Of a stretch of DNA of 64,000 nt, positions 46,381-56,248 are shown piece by piece. The notes beneath the pieces are model-generated. The model was not told where the DNA came from, searched no databases, and saw only the letters and a list, made by a program, of their open reading frames with translations. Numbering within the stretch: the stretch's first letter is position 1; the number at the start of each line of letters is the position of its first letter. The stretch comes from Bacteroidales bacterium (GTDB lineage Bacteria > Bacteroidota > Bacteroidia > Bacteroidales > GCA-2748055), in contig JAUUZQ010000001.1 in assembly GCA_030589895.1 (NCBI GenBank), positions 31,545 to 95,544 of the forward strand, in the 5' to 3' direction. Position numbers and translations under genes: made by a program.

Positions 46381-46479
46381 GTAGTTCCAAGGTAATTCCG
46401 AGGCAGTTCCAAGGTAGTTCCGAGGCAGTTCCAAGGTAGTTCCGAGGCAGTTCCAAGGTAGTTCCGAGGCAGTTCCAAG
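46381..46479. repeat. Tandem array of nine 11-bp units (alternating GTAGTTCCGAG / GCAGTTCCAAG, i.e. 4.5 x 22 bp)
   Basis: Read directly: GTAGTTCCAAG GTAATTCCGAG GCAGTTCCAAG GTAGTTCCGAG GCAGTTCCAAG GTAGTTCCGAG GCAGTTCCAAG GTAGTTCCGAG GCAGTTCCAAG. There are no spacers. Confidence 0.9.
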
Positions 46480-46521
46480 GCATACCTAACACACATTACG
46501 CAATAATATTTTAGCAAATAA

Positions 46522-47298
46522 ATGAATTCCGGAAATCACAGAAGGATGATAAAGAAAATGCTATTCTTTTCCGATCAGGAGGGAATCATGAATCGCTATC
46601 TCCGGGAGAAAGAGAACTGGGATCCACATTTGCAAAACACAAAGGAATTTATTATTAATTCCTTTCAAAATCCGGCTACTAAAACCATTGCTATACTTGG
46701 AAGCGGCTGGCTGCTGGATGTCCCATTGGAAAAACTTGCTGAACGATTTGAGAAAATATTGCTGGTGGATATACATCATCCTCCCCAAATAAGAAAAAAA
46801 GTGGAGCAATACAGCAATGTTGAAGTACAGGAAATTGACATCACAGGTGGAGGGATCAAATTTGTCTGGAAACTCGGAACAGTCGGAGAAAAAAAGATTG
46901 ATGCTTCATATCTCTTGTCATTCAAACCTTCAGAACCACAACTTAGCTTTGAACCCGACGCTTTTATTTCACTCAATATCCTCAATCAACTTGACATTCT
47001 GCTGCTTGATTATCTGAAAGAGAAAACCTCTTGTTTCACAGATGATGATTATCAACATTTTAGAAAATCCATTCAGCAGTTTCATCTCAAATGGATTTCC
47101 GGCAAACCGGGGTGTCTGATTTCTGATGTGGAAGAGGAGAATATTGACAAGCATGGAACAAGTACAAAACAGAGACTGATCCATACTGAATTACCAAAAC
47201 ATTTCCGATCCAAGCAATGGATATGGAACTTCGATTTATCCGGAAAATACCACCGTCACCTTCAGACAAAAATGCAGGTTCAGGCCATTGAATGGTAA
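46522..47298 (+). CDS. Hypothetical protein (possible Rossmann/SAM-methyltransferase-like fold)
   Basis: 258 aa. IAILGSGWLLDV...ILLVDIHHP resembles motif I/II of class I methyltransferases, but the evidence is weak. Confidence 0.35.
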   Translation: MNSGNHRRMIKKMLFFSDQEGIMNRYLREKENWDPHLQNTKEFIINSFQNPATKTIAILGSGWLLDVPLEKLAERFEKILLVDIHHPPQIRKKVEQYSNVEVQEIDITGGGIKFVWKLGTVGEKKIDASYLLSFKPSEPQLSFEPDAFISLNILNQLDILLLDYLKEKTSCFTDDDYQHFRKSIQQFHLKWISGKPGCLISDVEEENIDKHGTSTKQRLIHTELPKHFRSKQWIWNFDLSGKYHRHLQTKMQVQAIEW

Positions 47299-47377
47299 GC
47301 CTGTTATTCACAGTGTCACTACATTATTGTTGATTTCATTGTTGATAACTGGATAGTATTTCTCATGCGCTTTTAAC

Positions 47378-47385
47378 TATATTTG
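47378..47385 (+). promoter_or_regulatory. Candidate -7 box TATATTTG (TAnnTTTG)
   Basis: Exact consensus 48 nt upstream of the parE ATG. Confidence 0.3.
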
Positions 47386-47433
47386 TGGTGTTTTGGGAAA
47401 GTCTCACTTTTAAAGAAGTTGTAGGAGAAATTT

Positions 47434-49272
47434 ATGACGGCGAACTATTCAGAAGATACAATACGTACACTTGATTGGAAAGAGCATATCCGCAAAAGAC
47501 CGGGTATGTATATTGGAAAATTGGGAGATGGTTCATCGCCTGATGATGGTATATATGTTCTGCTGAAAGAAGTGCTGGATAATTCCATCGATGAGTATAT
47601 GATGGGCTTTGGGAAAACCATTGAGATTGACATTAACGAAGATCAAGTTTCTATCAGAGATTTTGGCAGAGGGATTCCACTCGGTAAGGTATTGGACGTA
47701 GCCGCAAAGATGAACACCGGTGCCAAATACGATTCAAAAGTTTTTAAGAAATCTGTTGGATTGAATGGCGTAGGTATCAAAGCAGTAAATGCACTTTCCT
47801 CCAGTTTTATCATACAATCGCATCGTGAAGGGAAAGCAAAACTGGTTGATTTCTGCCGGGGCGATCTATTGTCCGACGATCCCGAGACAAATTCTGATCA
47901 GAAGAATGGTACCGTGATTACCTTTGTTCCTGATGAGACCATGTTCGGAAAATTCAGGTTCAATGATGAGTATGTGGAAGCGATGCTCCGGAACTATACC
48001 TACCTGAATACCGGCTTGACAATCGTCTACAAGGATCAAAAATTCATTTCTAAAAATGGATTGGTGGATCTGCTCCAGGAGAATATGAGTGGTGAGGGCC
48101 TCTACCCTATTATGCACCTGAAAAATGGAGATATTGAAGTAGCTATAACACACGGAAGTCAGTATGGGGAAGCATATTACAGTTTTGTAAATGGCCAGTA
48201 TACCACACAAGGCGGGACCCACCTGATTGCTTTCAGGGAAGCATTGGTTAAGACAATCCGTGATTTTTATAAAAAAGATTATGATCCGTCTGATATACGG
48301 ACATCCATCATCGCAGCCGTTAGTATCAAGGTTGAAGAACCTGTCTTTGAATCACAGACGAAGACCAAGCTCGGGTCAAAAGATATTGGTCCGAATGGCC
48401 CAAGTGTGAGAAACTTCATCATGAACTTCCTCACCACAAAGCTGGATGACCACTTACACAAGAATCATGAAACTGCCAACCTCCTCCTGAAGAAAATTCA
48501 GGACAATGAGAAAGAACGGAAAGCTATTTCAGGAATTAAAAAACTGGCTAGGGAACGGGCCAAGAAATCCAATCTTCACAATAAAAAACTCAGGGATTGT
48601 AAGGTGCATTACAACACCAATAATGAGAAGAAGGATGATACATGTATATTTATCACGGAGGGTGATTCTGCCTCAGGGTCGATTACAACATCCAGAGATG
48701 TTAGCACCCAGGCCGTTTTTAGTCTGAGAGGAAAACCGCTCAACTCATACGGGCTTACCAAAAAAGTGGTGTATGAAAACGAAGAGTTTAACCTGCTTCA
48801 GGCAGCACTGAACATTGAAGAAGATCTGGACGGATTGCGATACAAGAAAGTAGTGATCGCTACAGATGCGGATGTTGATGGCATGCACATCAGACTACTT
48901 CTGCTCACGTTCTTTCTGCAATTCTTTCCCAACCTGGTAAGAAATAAACATCTCTTCATACTCCAGACACCCCTTTTCAGAGTTAGAAACAAAAAAGAGG
49001 CTATCTATTGCTATTCTGAGGAAGAAAAGAATAAAGCTGTTGGTAAACTAGGTCAGAATCCGGAGATAACCAGGTTTAAGGGATTAGGTGAGATATCCCC
49101 GGGAGAATTTAAACATTTCATTGGTCCGGAAATCAGACTTGAACCGGTAAAATTAAAAAGAGACGATGATCTGCAGGAAATACTGACATTTTATATGGGG
49201 AAAAATACACCCGACAGACAGGATTTTATCATCGAAAGATTGAGAGTAGAGGATGATGTTATTGCAAGTTAA
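47434..49272 (+). CDS. parE: Type IIA topoisomerase subunit B (topoisomerase IV ParE-type)
   Basis: GHKL ATPase ([12 protein letters not shown]) and Toprim ([21 protein letters not shown]). The 612-aa length and pairing with a ParC-like gene lacking a GyrA box favour ParE over GyrB. Confidence 0.85.
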   Translation: MTANYSEDTIRTLDWKEHIRKRPGMYIGKLGDGSSPDDGIYVLLKEVLDNSIDEYMMGFGKTIEIDINEDQVSIRDFGRGIPLGKVLDVAAKMNTGAKYDSKVFKKSVGLNGVGIKAVNALSSSFIIQSHREGKAKLVDFCRGDLLSDDPETNSDQKNGTVITFVPDETMFGKFRFNDEYVEAMLRNYTYLNTGLTIVYKDQKFISKNGLVDLLQENMSGEGLYPIMHLKNGDIEVAITHGSQYGEAYYSFVNGQYTTQGGTHLIAFREALVKTIRDFYKKDYDPSDIRTSIIAAVSIKVEEPVFESQTKTKLGSKDIGPNGPSVRNFIMNFLTTKLDDHLHKNHETANLLLKKIQDNEKERKAISGIKKLARERAKKSNLHNKKLRDCKVHYNTNNEKKDDTCIFITEGDSASGSITTSRDVSTQAVFSLRGKPLNSYGLTKKVVYENEEFNLLQAALNIEEDLDGLRYKKVVIATDADVDGMHIRLLLLTFFLQFFPNLVRNKHLFILQTPLFRVRNKKEAIYCYSEEEKNKAVGKLGQNPEITRFKGLGEISPGEFKHFIGPEIRLEPVKLKRDDDLQEILTFYMGKNTPDRQDFIIERLRVEDDVIAS

Positions 49273-49296
49273 AGATTGGAGAGGAATTATTGATTT

Positions 49297-52149
49297 ATGA
49301 GTGACGATTTAAACAAAAATAATAATATTCCGGACGACCATGCTGGTTTCGACGGCAACTTTGAGGATGGACAAAGCAATGAGAAAGTAAAGATATCCCA
49401 CCTTTCAGGGATGTATGAGGAGTACTTCATTGACTATGCTTCCTATGTAATTCTGGAAAGAGCCGTTCCACATATTACAGACGGACTGAAACCTGTTCAG
49501 CGCCGTATTATGCATGCCATGAAGCGTTTAGATGATGGCAGGTATAACAAGGTGGCCAACATCATTGGTCACTCCATGCAATTCCACCCCCATGGTGACG
49601 CCTCCATAGGTGATGCTCTGGTACAACTTGGTCAGAAAAATTTACTGGTTGATATGCAGGGTAACTGGGGAAATATTTTCACAGGCGACGGCGCTGCTGC
49701 ATCCAGGTATATTGAAGCGCGTCTTTCTGTATTCGCCAATGACGTGGTCTTCAATCCGAAAACCACTACATGGAAACTCTCCTATGACGGTAGAAACAAG
49801 GAACCTCTTACCTTGCCTGTTAAGTTTCCACTATTGCTGGCACAGGGTGCGGAAGGTATTGCAGTTGGACTCTCATCAAAGATTCTGCCGCATAATTTCA
49901 ATGAGCTGATTGATGCTTCAATTAAAATCCTGCAAGACAAAGATTTTCAAATTTTTCCTGATTTTCCCACTGGAGGATATGCAGATTTCAGTCGCTACAA
50001 CGATGGCAAACGAGGTGGTGCAGTACGTGTGAGGGCCAAAATAGAAAAACTGGATAAGAAGACGCTTATTATCCGTGATCTTCCTTTTGGAAAAACAACA
50101 GGAACTTTGATTGAGTCGATCATAAAAGCCAATGAAAAGGGAAAAATCAAGATCAAAAAGATCGATGATAACACAGCTGAATTTGTTGAGATACAGGTGC
50201 ATCTTGCCCCAAATATCTCATCTGATAAGACCATTGACGCACTATATGCTTTTACAGATTGTGAAGTCTCCATCTCACCAAACTGTTGCGTAGTTGAAGA
50301 CAATAAGCCAAGATTCATAACTGTAAGTGAAGTACTCCTGGTTAATACCGGGAATACCAAGAATCTCTTGCAACAGGAGTTGGAGATCAGGTTGAGGGAA
50401 TTGCTGGAGAATTGGCACATGTCATCGCTGGAGAGAATCTTCATTGAAGAGCGTATCTACCGTGACATTGAGGAGGCTGAAACATGGGAGGCGGTAATTG
50501 AAGCCATTGACAAAGGTCTGGAACCATTTAAAAAGTTATTGCAAAGGGAAGTTACGCGCGAAGATATCATCAAGCTGACGGAAATTAAGATCAAGAGAAT
50601 TTCGAAGTTTGATGTAAAGAAAGCGGATGAACAGATCAGGGGTATTGAAGATGAGATTTCTGAAGTTAAGAATCACCTGGCTCATCTGATAGATTATACG
50701 ATCAACTATTATAAGCAGATCAAAAAGAAACACGGAAAAGGCAGAGAACGCAAAACAGAGATCCGTAATTTTGAAAATATCGTTGCCACAAAAGTAGTAG
50801 TGGCCAATGAAAAACTGTATGTGAATAAGGTAGACGGATTTGTGGGTACGGGGCTGAAGAAAGATGAATATGTCGCTGACTGTTCAGATATTGATGACGT
50901 CATCGTCTTCCTGAAAGATGGAACCTATGTGGCAAACAAGGTGAGCGATAAGTTCTTTGTTGGAAAGAATATCATACATGTCGCCGTCTTTAAAAAGCAG
51001 GATAAACGCACCATCTATAACGTGGTTTACTACGATGGTAATTCTGGAAATACGATGATGAAACGTTGCTCCATTACCGGATTAACCCGAGAGAAATTTT
51101 ACAATATCGGCCGGGCTCACAAGTACACGAAAGTCTTGTACATGACTGTGAATCCGAATGGAGAGGCAGAAACGGTGAAGGTTACACTGAAGCCAAAAGC
51201 ACGACTAAAGAAGCTTATTTTTGATCAGGATTTCAGTGACTTGGTGATCAAGGGACGAAATTCCATGGGAAATATACTCTCCAAGAATGCCGTACATAAG
51301 ATTACCATGAAGGAACGGGGCGTTTCCACTTTAGGCGGAAGGAAGATATGGTTTGATGAGGATGTGAACAGGCTAAACGCAGATGCAAGAGGAACATTCC
51401 TGGGTGAGTTTTCGGGGGAAAATAAAATCCTTGTAGTCACTAAATCAGGTAATTTCAGAACGACCAATTTTGACCTGTCAAATCATTTTGAAGATGATGT
51501 TCAGATCGTTGAAAAATACCGTTCGAAGAAAATTTGGTCAGCAGCCTATTTCGATGCAGACCAGGAGTACTACTACATCAAACGCTTCATCATAGAACCT
51601 TCAGAAAAGCCATATAGCTTTATCGGAGACAATTCTGAGTCGAGGTTGATACAGATCATGGAAGTGGAATTCCCAAGACTTGAGCTCAAATTCGGGGGCA
51701 AGAATAAAGACAGGGAAGCAGAAATCATAGAAGTTGCAGACTTCATTGGCATAAAGAGTTATAAGGCCAGGGGAAAGAGGTTGTCAATTTATGAGGTGAA
51801 GATCATTGAGCAACTGGACCCCTTGATAGCAGATACGCCAGTAGCTGAGGAAGCTGAAGAGCAGAAGACAGATGGCGGTAAAAAGTCTCCACCAGACAGT
51901 AATCAGAAATCTAAGGATAGTAAGGAAGAAAAGAAGCCTGTGAAGAAGAAAGCAGCTCAGAAGAATCTGGATAAAAAAGTAGCAAAAGAGGCTGGCAAAA
52001 AAGAAAAGATTACAGAGAAGAAGACCACAGTAAAAAAGTCTACTAAGAAGAAAGCCAAAGAAAAAAAGAATCCTGAGAGTAAATCTGAAGAAAAAAAGGA
52101 CGATAAAGACGATAAGGAAGAATCAAACGGCCAGATGACCATGTTTTAA
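49297..52149 (+). CDS. parC: Type IIA topoisomerase subunit A (ParC-type) with ~100-aa Lys-rich C-terminal tail
   Basis: DGLKPVQRRI, the catalytic Tyr region AASRYIEARL, and no QRRGGKG GyrA box. The tail reads KKPVKKKAAQKNLDKKVAKEAGKKEKITEKKTTVKKSTKKKAKEKK. Confidence 0.85.
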   Translation: MSDDLNKNNNIPDDHAGFDGNFEDGQSNEKVKISHLSGMYEEYFIDYASYVILERAVPHITDGLKPVQRRIMHAMKRLDDGRYNKVANIIGHSMQFHPHGDASIGDALVQLGQKNLLVDMQGNWGNIFTGDGAAASRYIEARLSVFANDVVFNPKTTTWKLSYDGRNKEPLTLPVKFPLLLAQGAEGIAVGLSSKILPHNFNELIDASIKILQDKDFQIFPDFPTGGYADFSRYNDGKRGGAVRVRAKIEKLDKKTLIIRDLPFGKTTGTLIESIIKANEKGKIKIKKIDDNTAEFVEIQVHLAPNISSDKTIDALYAFTDCEVSISPNCCVVEDNKPRFITVSEVLLVNTGNTKNLLQQELEIRLRELLENWHMSSLERIFIEERIYRDIEEAETWEAVIEAIDKGLEPFKKLLQREVTREDIIKLTEIKIKRISKFDVKKADEQIRGIEDEISEVKNHLAHLIDYTINYYKQIKKKHGKGRERKTEIRNFENIVATKVVVANEKLYVNKVDGFVGTGLKKDEYVADCSDIDDVIVFLKDGTYVANKVSDKFFVGKNIIHVAVFKKQDKRTIYNVVYYDGNSGNTMMKRCSITGLTREKFYNIGRAHKYTKVLYMTVNPNGEAETVKVTLKPKARLKKLIFDQDFSDLVIKGRNSMGNILSKNAVHKITMKERGVSTLGGRKIWFDEDVNRLNADARGTFLGEFSGENKILVVTKSGNFRTTNFDLSNHFEDDVQIVEKYRSKKIWSAAYFDADQEYYYIKRFIIEPSEKPYSFIGDNSESRLIQIMEVEFPRLELKFGGKNKDREAEIIEVADFIGIKSYKARGKRLSIYEVKIIEQLDPLIADTPVAEEAEEQKTDGGKKSPPDSNQKSKDSKEEKKPVKKKAAQKNLDKKVAKEAGKKEKITEKKTTVKKSTKKKAKEKKNPESKSEEKKDDKDDKEESNGQMTMF

Positions 52150-52169
52150 GTGAAAAGTAAAAAGGTAAT

Positions 52170-52673
52170 ATGCAAAAGCGCATCTTCCTCATAGGTTTCA
52201 TGGGATCCGGAAAAACCACCCACGGAAAAATCCTGGCGCGAAAGCTGGGATATCGTTTTGTGGATATGGACCATTGGATTGAAGAGCATACCGGAAAAAC
52301 TGTCCCTGAAATTTTCGAACAAGAAGGAGAGTCATTCTTTCGGGCAAAAGAAACCGAAGCGATAGAGGCGCTCAGTCACGAAAATGACATTGTAATCTCC
52401 ACTGGCGGAGGAGCTCCGTGCCATGCAGACAATATGGAGTTGCTTAATTCATCAGGGCTCACAATCTATTTACAACTTCCCCCGGGAGCATTACTAAATC
52501 GACTTAAAAGCTCACGTACAAAAAGACCCTTGCTGACAGGAAAGAGTGAGAATGAGATGAGAGAGACGATTACAGATCTGCTTACCCTGCGAGAACCATA
52601 TTACAAAAAAGCTGCGGTGATTGTTGATGGCATGGGTGGAGTGGATGAAAGACTATTACGAATAACTCACTAA
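52170..52673 (+). CDS. aroK: Shikimate kinase
   Basis: 167 aa with Walker A GFMGSGKTT and STGGG. Confidence 0.9.
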   Translation: MQKRIFLIGFMGSGKTTHGKILARKLGYRFVDMDHWIEEHTGKTVPEIFEQEGESFFRAKETEAIEALSHENDIVISTGGGAPCHADNMELLNSSGLTIYLQLPPGALLNRLKSSRTKRPLLTGKSENEMRETITDLLTLREPYYKKAAVIVDGMGGVDERLLRITH

Positions 52674-52676
52674 GCC

Positions 52677-52770
52677 AAATCCTTATACCCTGAAAGGGCT
52701 AAATACTAATAACCATGGGTGCTAAATCCTTATGCCCTGAAAGGGCTAAATACTAATAACCATGGGTGCT
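52677..52770. repeat. Two tandem 47-bp units, plus a partial third copy at about 52800-52820
   Basis: AAATCCTTAT(A/G)CCCTGAAAGGGCTAAATACTAATAACCATGGGTGCT occurs twice back to back. GGCCCTGAAAGGGTC recurs downstream. It lies in the convergent aroK/lplA gap. Confidence 0.85.
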
Positions 52771-52779
52771 AACCCATGG
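52760..52779. terminator. 8-bp perfect hairpin CCATGGGT-gcta-ACCCATGG at the end of repeat copy 2
   Basis: Read directly. It lies between convergent genes. There is no adjacent U-tract on either strand, so terminator function is uncertain. Confidence 0.3.
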
Positions 52780-52832
52780 CTACAATACTCACACACACCG
52801 GCCCTGAAAGGGTCGAATATATTTAACCTTTC

Positions 52833-53813
52833 TCACAAAAAAAGACTTTCCAACTCTTCCCCCGAAATTCCAATATTGCTCAATTGATGCTTTTCATTCT
52901 GAATTTCTAATTTAATAAATTCAGGATCGTGCCTCACCCCCATCAACATCTTCTCCAATATCGTAGTATCAGATCTACCCACGAAATCGCTCTGCAAAAA
53001 TATCTCCTCAATCACTCCACCCACTACTTTCATCTCTACTGAAAGCCTTCCTCTTTCAAGTGTGATCTCTTTTTTAAACTGATATTTTGGTGAGTAGCCG
53101 AAGTTCCACTTCCATGTTGAGAATTTTTCGTCTCTCAGGCGTGTGATTTCCAGAATATCGGCATCAGAATAGCTATACATCTCATTCCCTGATTCTGAAT
53201 CAATAATATGTTCCACTATTTTATCACGAAAAGTAAGAATATCCATCTCTTGCTTCAGATGATCACAAATATTGGTGACTTTTGAACGAACAGATTTCAC
53301 TGCCTTATCACTAAATCTTTCGGGCGTTACTTTCAGTGCCTTTGAAAGATCACTCAGGTCTGAGGAAAACAGCAATGTACCATGGTGCAGCACTCTTTTC
53401 TTGAATACATGACTGGCATTACCTGAAATTTTCATTTCATTTATAAGAAGGTCATCCCGTTTACTGAAGGTGGCTTCAACCCCCATACTACCCAAAACCT
53501 CAACAATGGGAGTGGCATATTTCCTGTAATTAACCAGCTTCCCCTCCTCTCCATTGGTGATAAATGAAAAGTTGAGATTTCCCAGGTCATGAAAAACAGT
53601 TCCTCCACCAGATATTCGCCGCGCTACTTTGAATCCTTTACCACGGGCATACATCAAGTCAATTTCGGCCAGTACATTTTGATGCTTTCCCACAACAATA
53701 GAGGGCTCATTTCTCCAAAGCAGAAAATATTCCTCTGCAGAATTTTTCATCAGATACTCTTCTGCTGCCAGGTTAAAATAGGGATCAGTACTATGGTCAG
53801 TGATACAAATCAT
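52833..53813 (-). CDS. lplA: Lipoate--protein ligase
   Basis: 326 aa with VVGKHQN...RRISGGGTVFHDLGNLNFSF, typical of LplA. Confidence 0.88.
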   Translation of the reverse strand: MICITDHSTDPYFNLAAEEYLMKNSAEEYFLLWRNEPSIVVGKHQNVLAEIDLMYARGKGFKVARRISGGGTVFHDLGNLNFSFITNGEEGKLVNYRKYATPIVEVLGSMGVEATFSKRDDLLINEMKISGNASHVFKKRVLHHGTLLFSSDLSDLSKALKVTPERFSDKAVKSVRSKVTNICDHLKQEMDILTFRDKIVEHIIDSESGNEMYSYSDADILEITRLRDEKFSTWKWNFGYSPKYQFKKEITLERGRLSVEMKVVGGVIEEIFLQSDFVGRSDTTILEKMLMGVRHDPEFIKLEIQNEKHQLSNIGISGEELESLFL

Positions 53814-54418
53814 GAGACAGATTCAATTTCGGAAGATTCAAAGCCCATCTTCCAGTTGACAGGTAGAATATTCACCAGCCAGCGTAATAGCAGGAACACC
53901 AGATACCCGCATCCTGTTCCCAACAGTGCACCTCCAAGTATATCAGCAGGATAGTGAACTCCCAGATATACACGGCTATAACTTACCAGCGCAGCCCAGG
54001 TGAACATCACAGCCCAGAACCACTTTCTCCTGATCACCATCGACAGCAGCATGGCAATTCCAAAACTATTGGCAGCATGTGAGGAGACGAATCCAAATTG
54101 TCCGCCACATTTGTTGTTTACAATATGTACCAACCCCTGCAATTCAGGCTCATGACACGGTCTCAAGCGTTCAAACACCTCTTTGAAAAGATGTACCGAA
54201 GTCTGGTCGGTGATTGTCACAGATAATGCAATGAAAACTACCAGTGGAATCATCTGCCATTTGCGTTTCCAGGTGAGGAAAACCAGCAATGTCAAATAAA
54301 TTGGCCACCATGTGGTTTTTCCGGAAATCCACCACATGACAGGATCCATGAAGTCGGTATGGAGTCCATTAAGAAATAAGAAAAGATTAGTGTCAAGTTG
54401 GTTTAGAAAATCAAGCAT
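53810..54418 (-). CDS. PAP2-family phosphatase (membrane)
   Basis: PAP2 motifs KEVFERLRP, SFVSSHAANS and SRVYLGVHYPADILGG. It overlaps lplA by 4 nt. Confidence 0.85.
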   Translation of the reverse strand: MLDFLNQLDTNLFLFLNGLHTDFMDPVMWWISGKTTWWPIYLTLLVFLTWKRKWQMIPLVVFIALSVTITDQTSVHLFKEVFERLRPCHEPELQGLVHIVNNKCGGQFGFVSSHAANSFGIAMLLSMVIRRKWFWAVMFTWAALVSYSRVYLGVHYPADILGGALLGTGCGYLVFLLLRWLVNILPVNWKMGFESSEIESVS

Positions 54419-54509
54419 GTGAGTAAAGGTAAGAGTAAAAGTAAAACCTCCTACACAAAAGTTACGGAGTTCGATGAAATGGAAAAGTTACTTTACCTTT
54501 TTATTTCCC

Positions 54510-55499
54510 CTATAAATTAAGCATTTCCCAGATACTGTCATTCAGCTCGACCAAGCCCAGATGGGCAATAGATGAAATAAATAATGAAGGGATATCGGGG
54601 AGGTCCTTTTTAATCTCTTCGATTAGCTCCTCATCCAGCATATCAGATTTTGAGATGGCTAATAGTCGCTCTTTATCAAGTAATTCCGGATTGTATTGTT
54701 TCAGTTCATTTACCAGAATTTCATACTCCTTCTTGATATCATCACTGTCGGCCGGAACAAGAAACAAGAGCATTGAATTCCTCTCAATATGCCTGAGAAA
54801 TCGATGTCCGAGGCCTTTCCCTTCACTGGCTCCTTCAATAATTCCAGGTATATCAGCCATCACGAATGATTTATCATCGCGATACTTCACAATCCCGAGA
54901 TTAGGTACTAATGTTGTAAATGGATAATCTGCAATTTTTGGTTTGGCTGCAGAGAGTACTGAAAGCAAGGTTGATTTTCCCGCATTTGGAAATCCAACCA
55001 ATCCTATATCTGCCAGAAGTTTCAATTCCATGATAACCCATCCCTCCTGTCCATCTTCTCCGGGCTGGGCAAATCTAGGGGTTTGAAAAGTGGAAGATTT
55101 GAAATGGTCATTACCCAATCCTCCCCTGCCACCTGGCATCAGAATGATCTCTTCGTCATGTGCAGTAATCTCGAAAAGGATCTCCTGCGTTTCAGCATCC
55201 TTTACTACAGTTCCCAATGGGACTTCAATATATCTATCTTTGCCATCTGCTCCGGTTTTCAGTGACAAGCTGCCACTCCCACCGTCTGTAGCAAAAATAT
55301 GTTTGCGGTATTTCAAATGTATGAGGGTCCACAATTGCTGATTGCCTTTCAGGATCAGGTGACCTCCTCGTCCACCATCACCACCATCCGGGCCACCCTT
55401 GCTCGTCAGTTTATCGCGACGAAGGTGCGCAGAGCCACTTCCACCGTTTCCGGAGCGACCAAAGATCTTTACATAATCAACGAAATTGGAATTGCTCAT
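54510..55499 (-). CDS. obg: GTPase Obg
   Basis: Gly-rich Obg fold ([18 protein letters not shown]) and G-domain motifs [11 protein letters not shown] and [10 protein letters not shown]. Confidence 0.95.
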   Translation of the reverse strand: MSNSNFVDYVKIFGRSGNGGSGSAHLRRDKLTSKGGPDGGDGGRGGHLILKGNQQLWTLIHLKYRKHIFATDGGSGSLSLKTGADGKDRYIEVPLGTVVKDAETQEILFEITAHDEEIILMPGGRGGLGNDHFKSSTFQTPRFAQPGEDGQEGWVIMELKLLADIGLVGFPNAGKSTLLSVLSAAKPKIADYPFTTLVPNLGIVKYRDDKSFVMADIPGIIEGASEGKGLGHRFLRHIERNSMLLFLVPADSDDIKKEYEILVNELKQYNPELLDKERLLAISKSDMLDEELIEEIKKDLPDIPSLFISSIAHLGLVELNDSIWEMLNL

Positions 55500-55514
55500 G
55501 GTTTCAAGGTAAAA

Positions 55515-55538
55515 GTGAAAAGTATCACTACTTTTTAC
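55515..55538 (-). terminator. Hairpin overlapping the adk stop codon, followed on the minus strand by TTTTACCTT
   Basis: The plus strand reads GTGAAAAGTA-tcac-TACTTTTTAC (10-bp stem, one mismatch). It lies in the 35-nt adk/obg gap. Confidence 0.35.
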
Positions 55539-56107
55539 TTATTCTTCTCAACTACATCCACGATCCGCTTGAAAATCTCATCGATTTTTCCAATTCCCTC
55601 AACCGGATGGTGAATTTTTGTTTTGTCATAATAATAGGTAACAGGAATGGTTTGTCTTTCATATACATCAATCCTGTTGCTGATAGTCTCCGCATTGTCA
55701 TCACTTCTTCCAGTCTCTTCACCTCTTTTTACCAATCTCTTCATCAGCTCTTCACGCTCCACCTGCAAAGAGATAACCATTGAAACCTTTGTTCCGTGAT
55801 CTGTTAGAAGGTTTCTCAGTTCCCTGGCCTGCTCAACAGTACGGGGAAAACCATCAAAAATAAAGCCCGGACCACCTCCATGCTCTTTCAACTTATTTTC
55901 GATCATACCGATAACAATTTTATCAGAGACCAATTCTCCTTTGTCCATAATAACTTTCGCCTCTATACCAAGCTCAGTCTGTGCAGCAACTTCACTTCTT
56001 AGCAAGTCACCTGTAGAGATGTGCGTCAATGAATATTTCTTAATAAGTTTCTCAGCCTGAGTCCCTTTACCTGAACCCGGAGGCCCGAACAATACAATGT
56101 TTAACAT
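55535..56107 (-). CDS. adk: Adenylate kinase
   Basis: 190 aa with the P-loop [10 protein letters not shown] and short-lid type. Confidence 0.95.
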   Translation of the reverse strand: MLNIVLFGPPGSGKGTQAEKLIKKYSLTHISTGDLLRSEVAAQTELGIEAKVIMDKGELVSDKIVIGMIENKLKEHGGGPGFIFDGFPRTVEQARELRNLLTDHGTKVSMVISLQVEREELMKRLVKRGEETGRSDDNAETISNRIDVYERQTIPVTYYYDKTKIHHPVEGIGKIDEIFKRIVDVVEKNK

Positions 56108-56248
56108 TAAAAATGATGTTTTTTAGTTATGATCCTATAATATTTGCGAAAGTACAAAACATTTGCCTAATCTTTCATAAAAATTCTGATTTGCTAAAAG
56201 GATTTCCAAATCAATATTTAAGAAAAACAGACCTGAGAGAAAACCAGT

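Noticed and set aside
46381-46479. Possible CRISPR array.
   Set aside because: The units are 11 bp with no spacers, and no cas genes are present. It is a simple tandem repeat.
46202-46517. Minus-strand ORFs 46202-46492 and 46287-46517, encoding repetitive ELPRNYLGT/ELPWNCLGT peptides.
   Set aside because: They are translations of the 11-bp tandem array. Their periodic sequence and overlap with the plsC 3' end indicate artefacts.
47434-52149. Alternative call of these genes as DNA gyrase gyrB/gyrA.
   Set aside because: Subunit A lacks a QRRGGKG-type GyrA box. Subunit B is short (612 aa) and has the [12 protein letters not shown] insertion I associate with Bacteroidota ParE. The adjacent B-A arrangement also fits topoisomerase IV. 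This remains a motif-based judgement, not a phylogeny.
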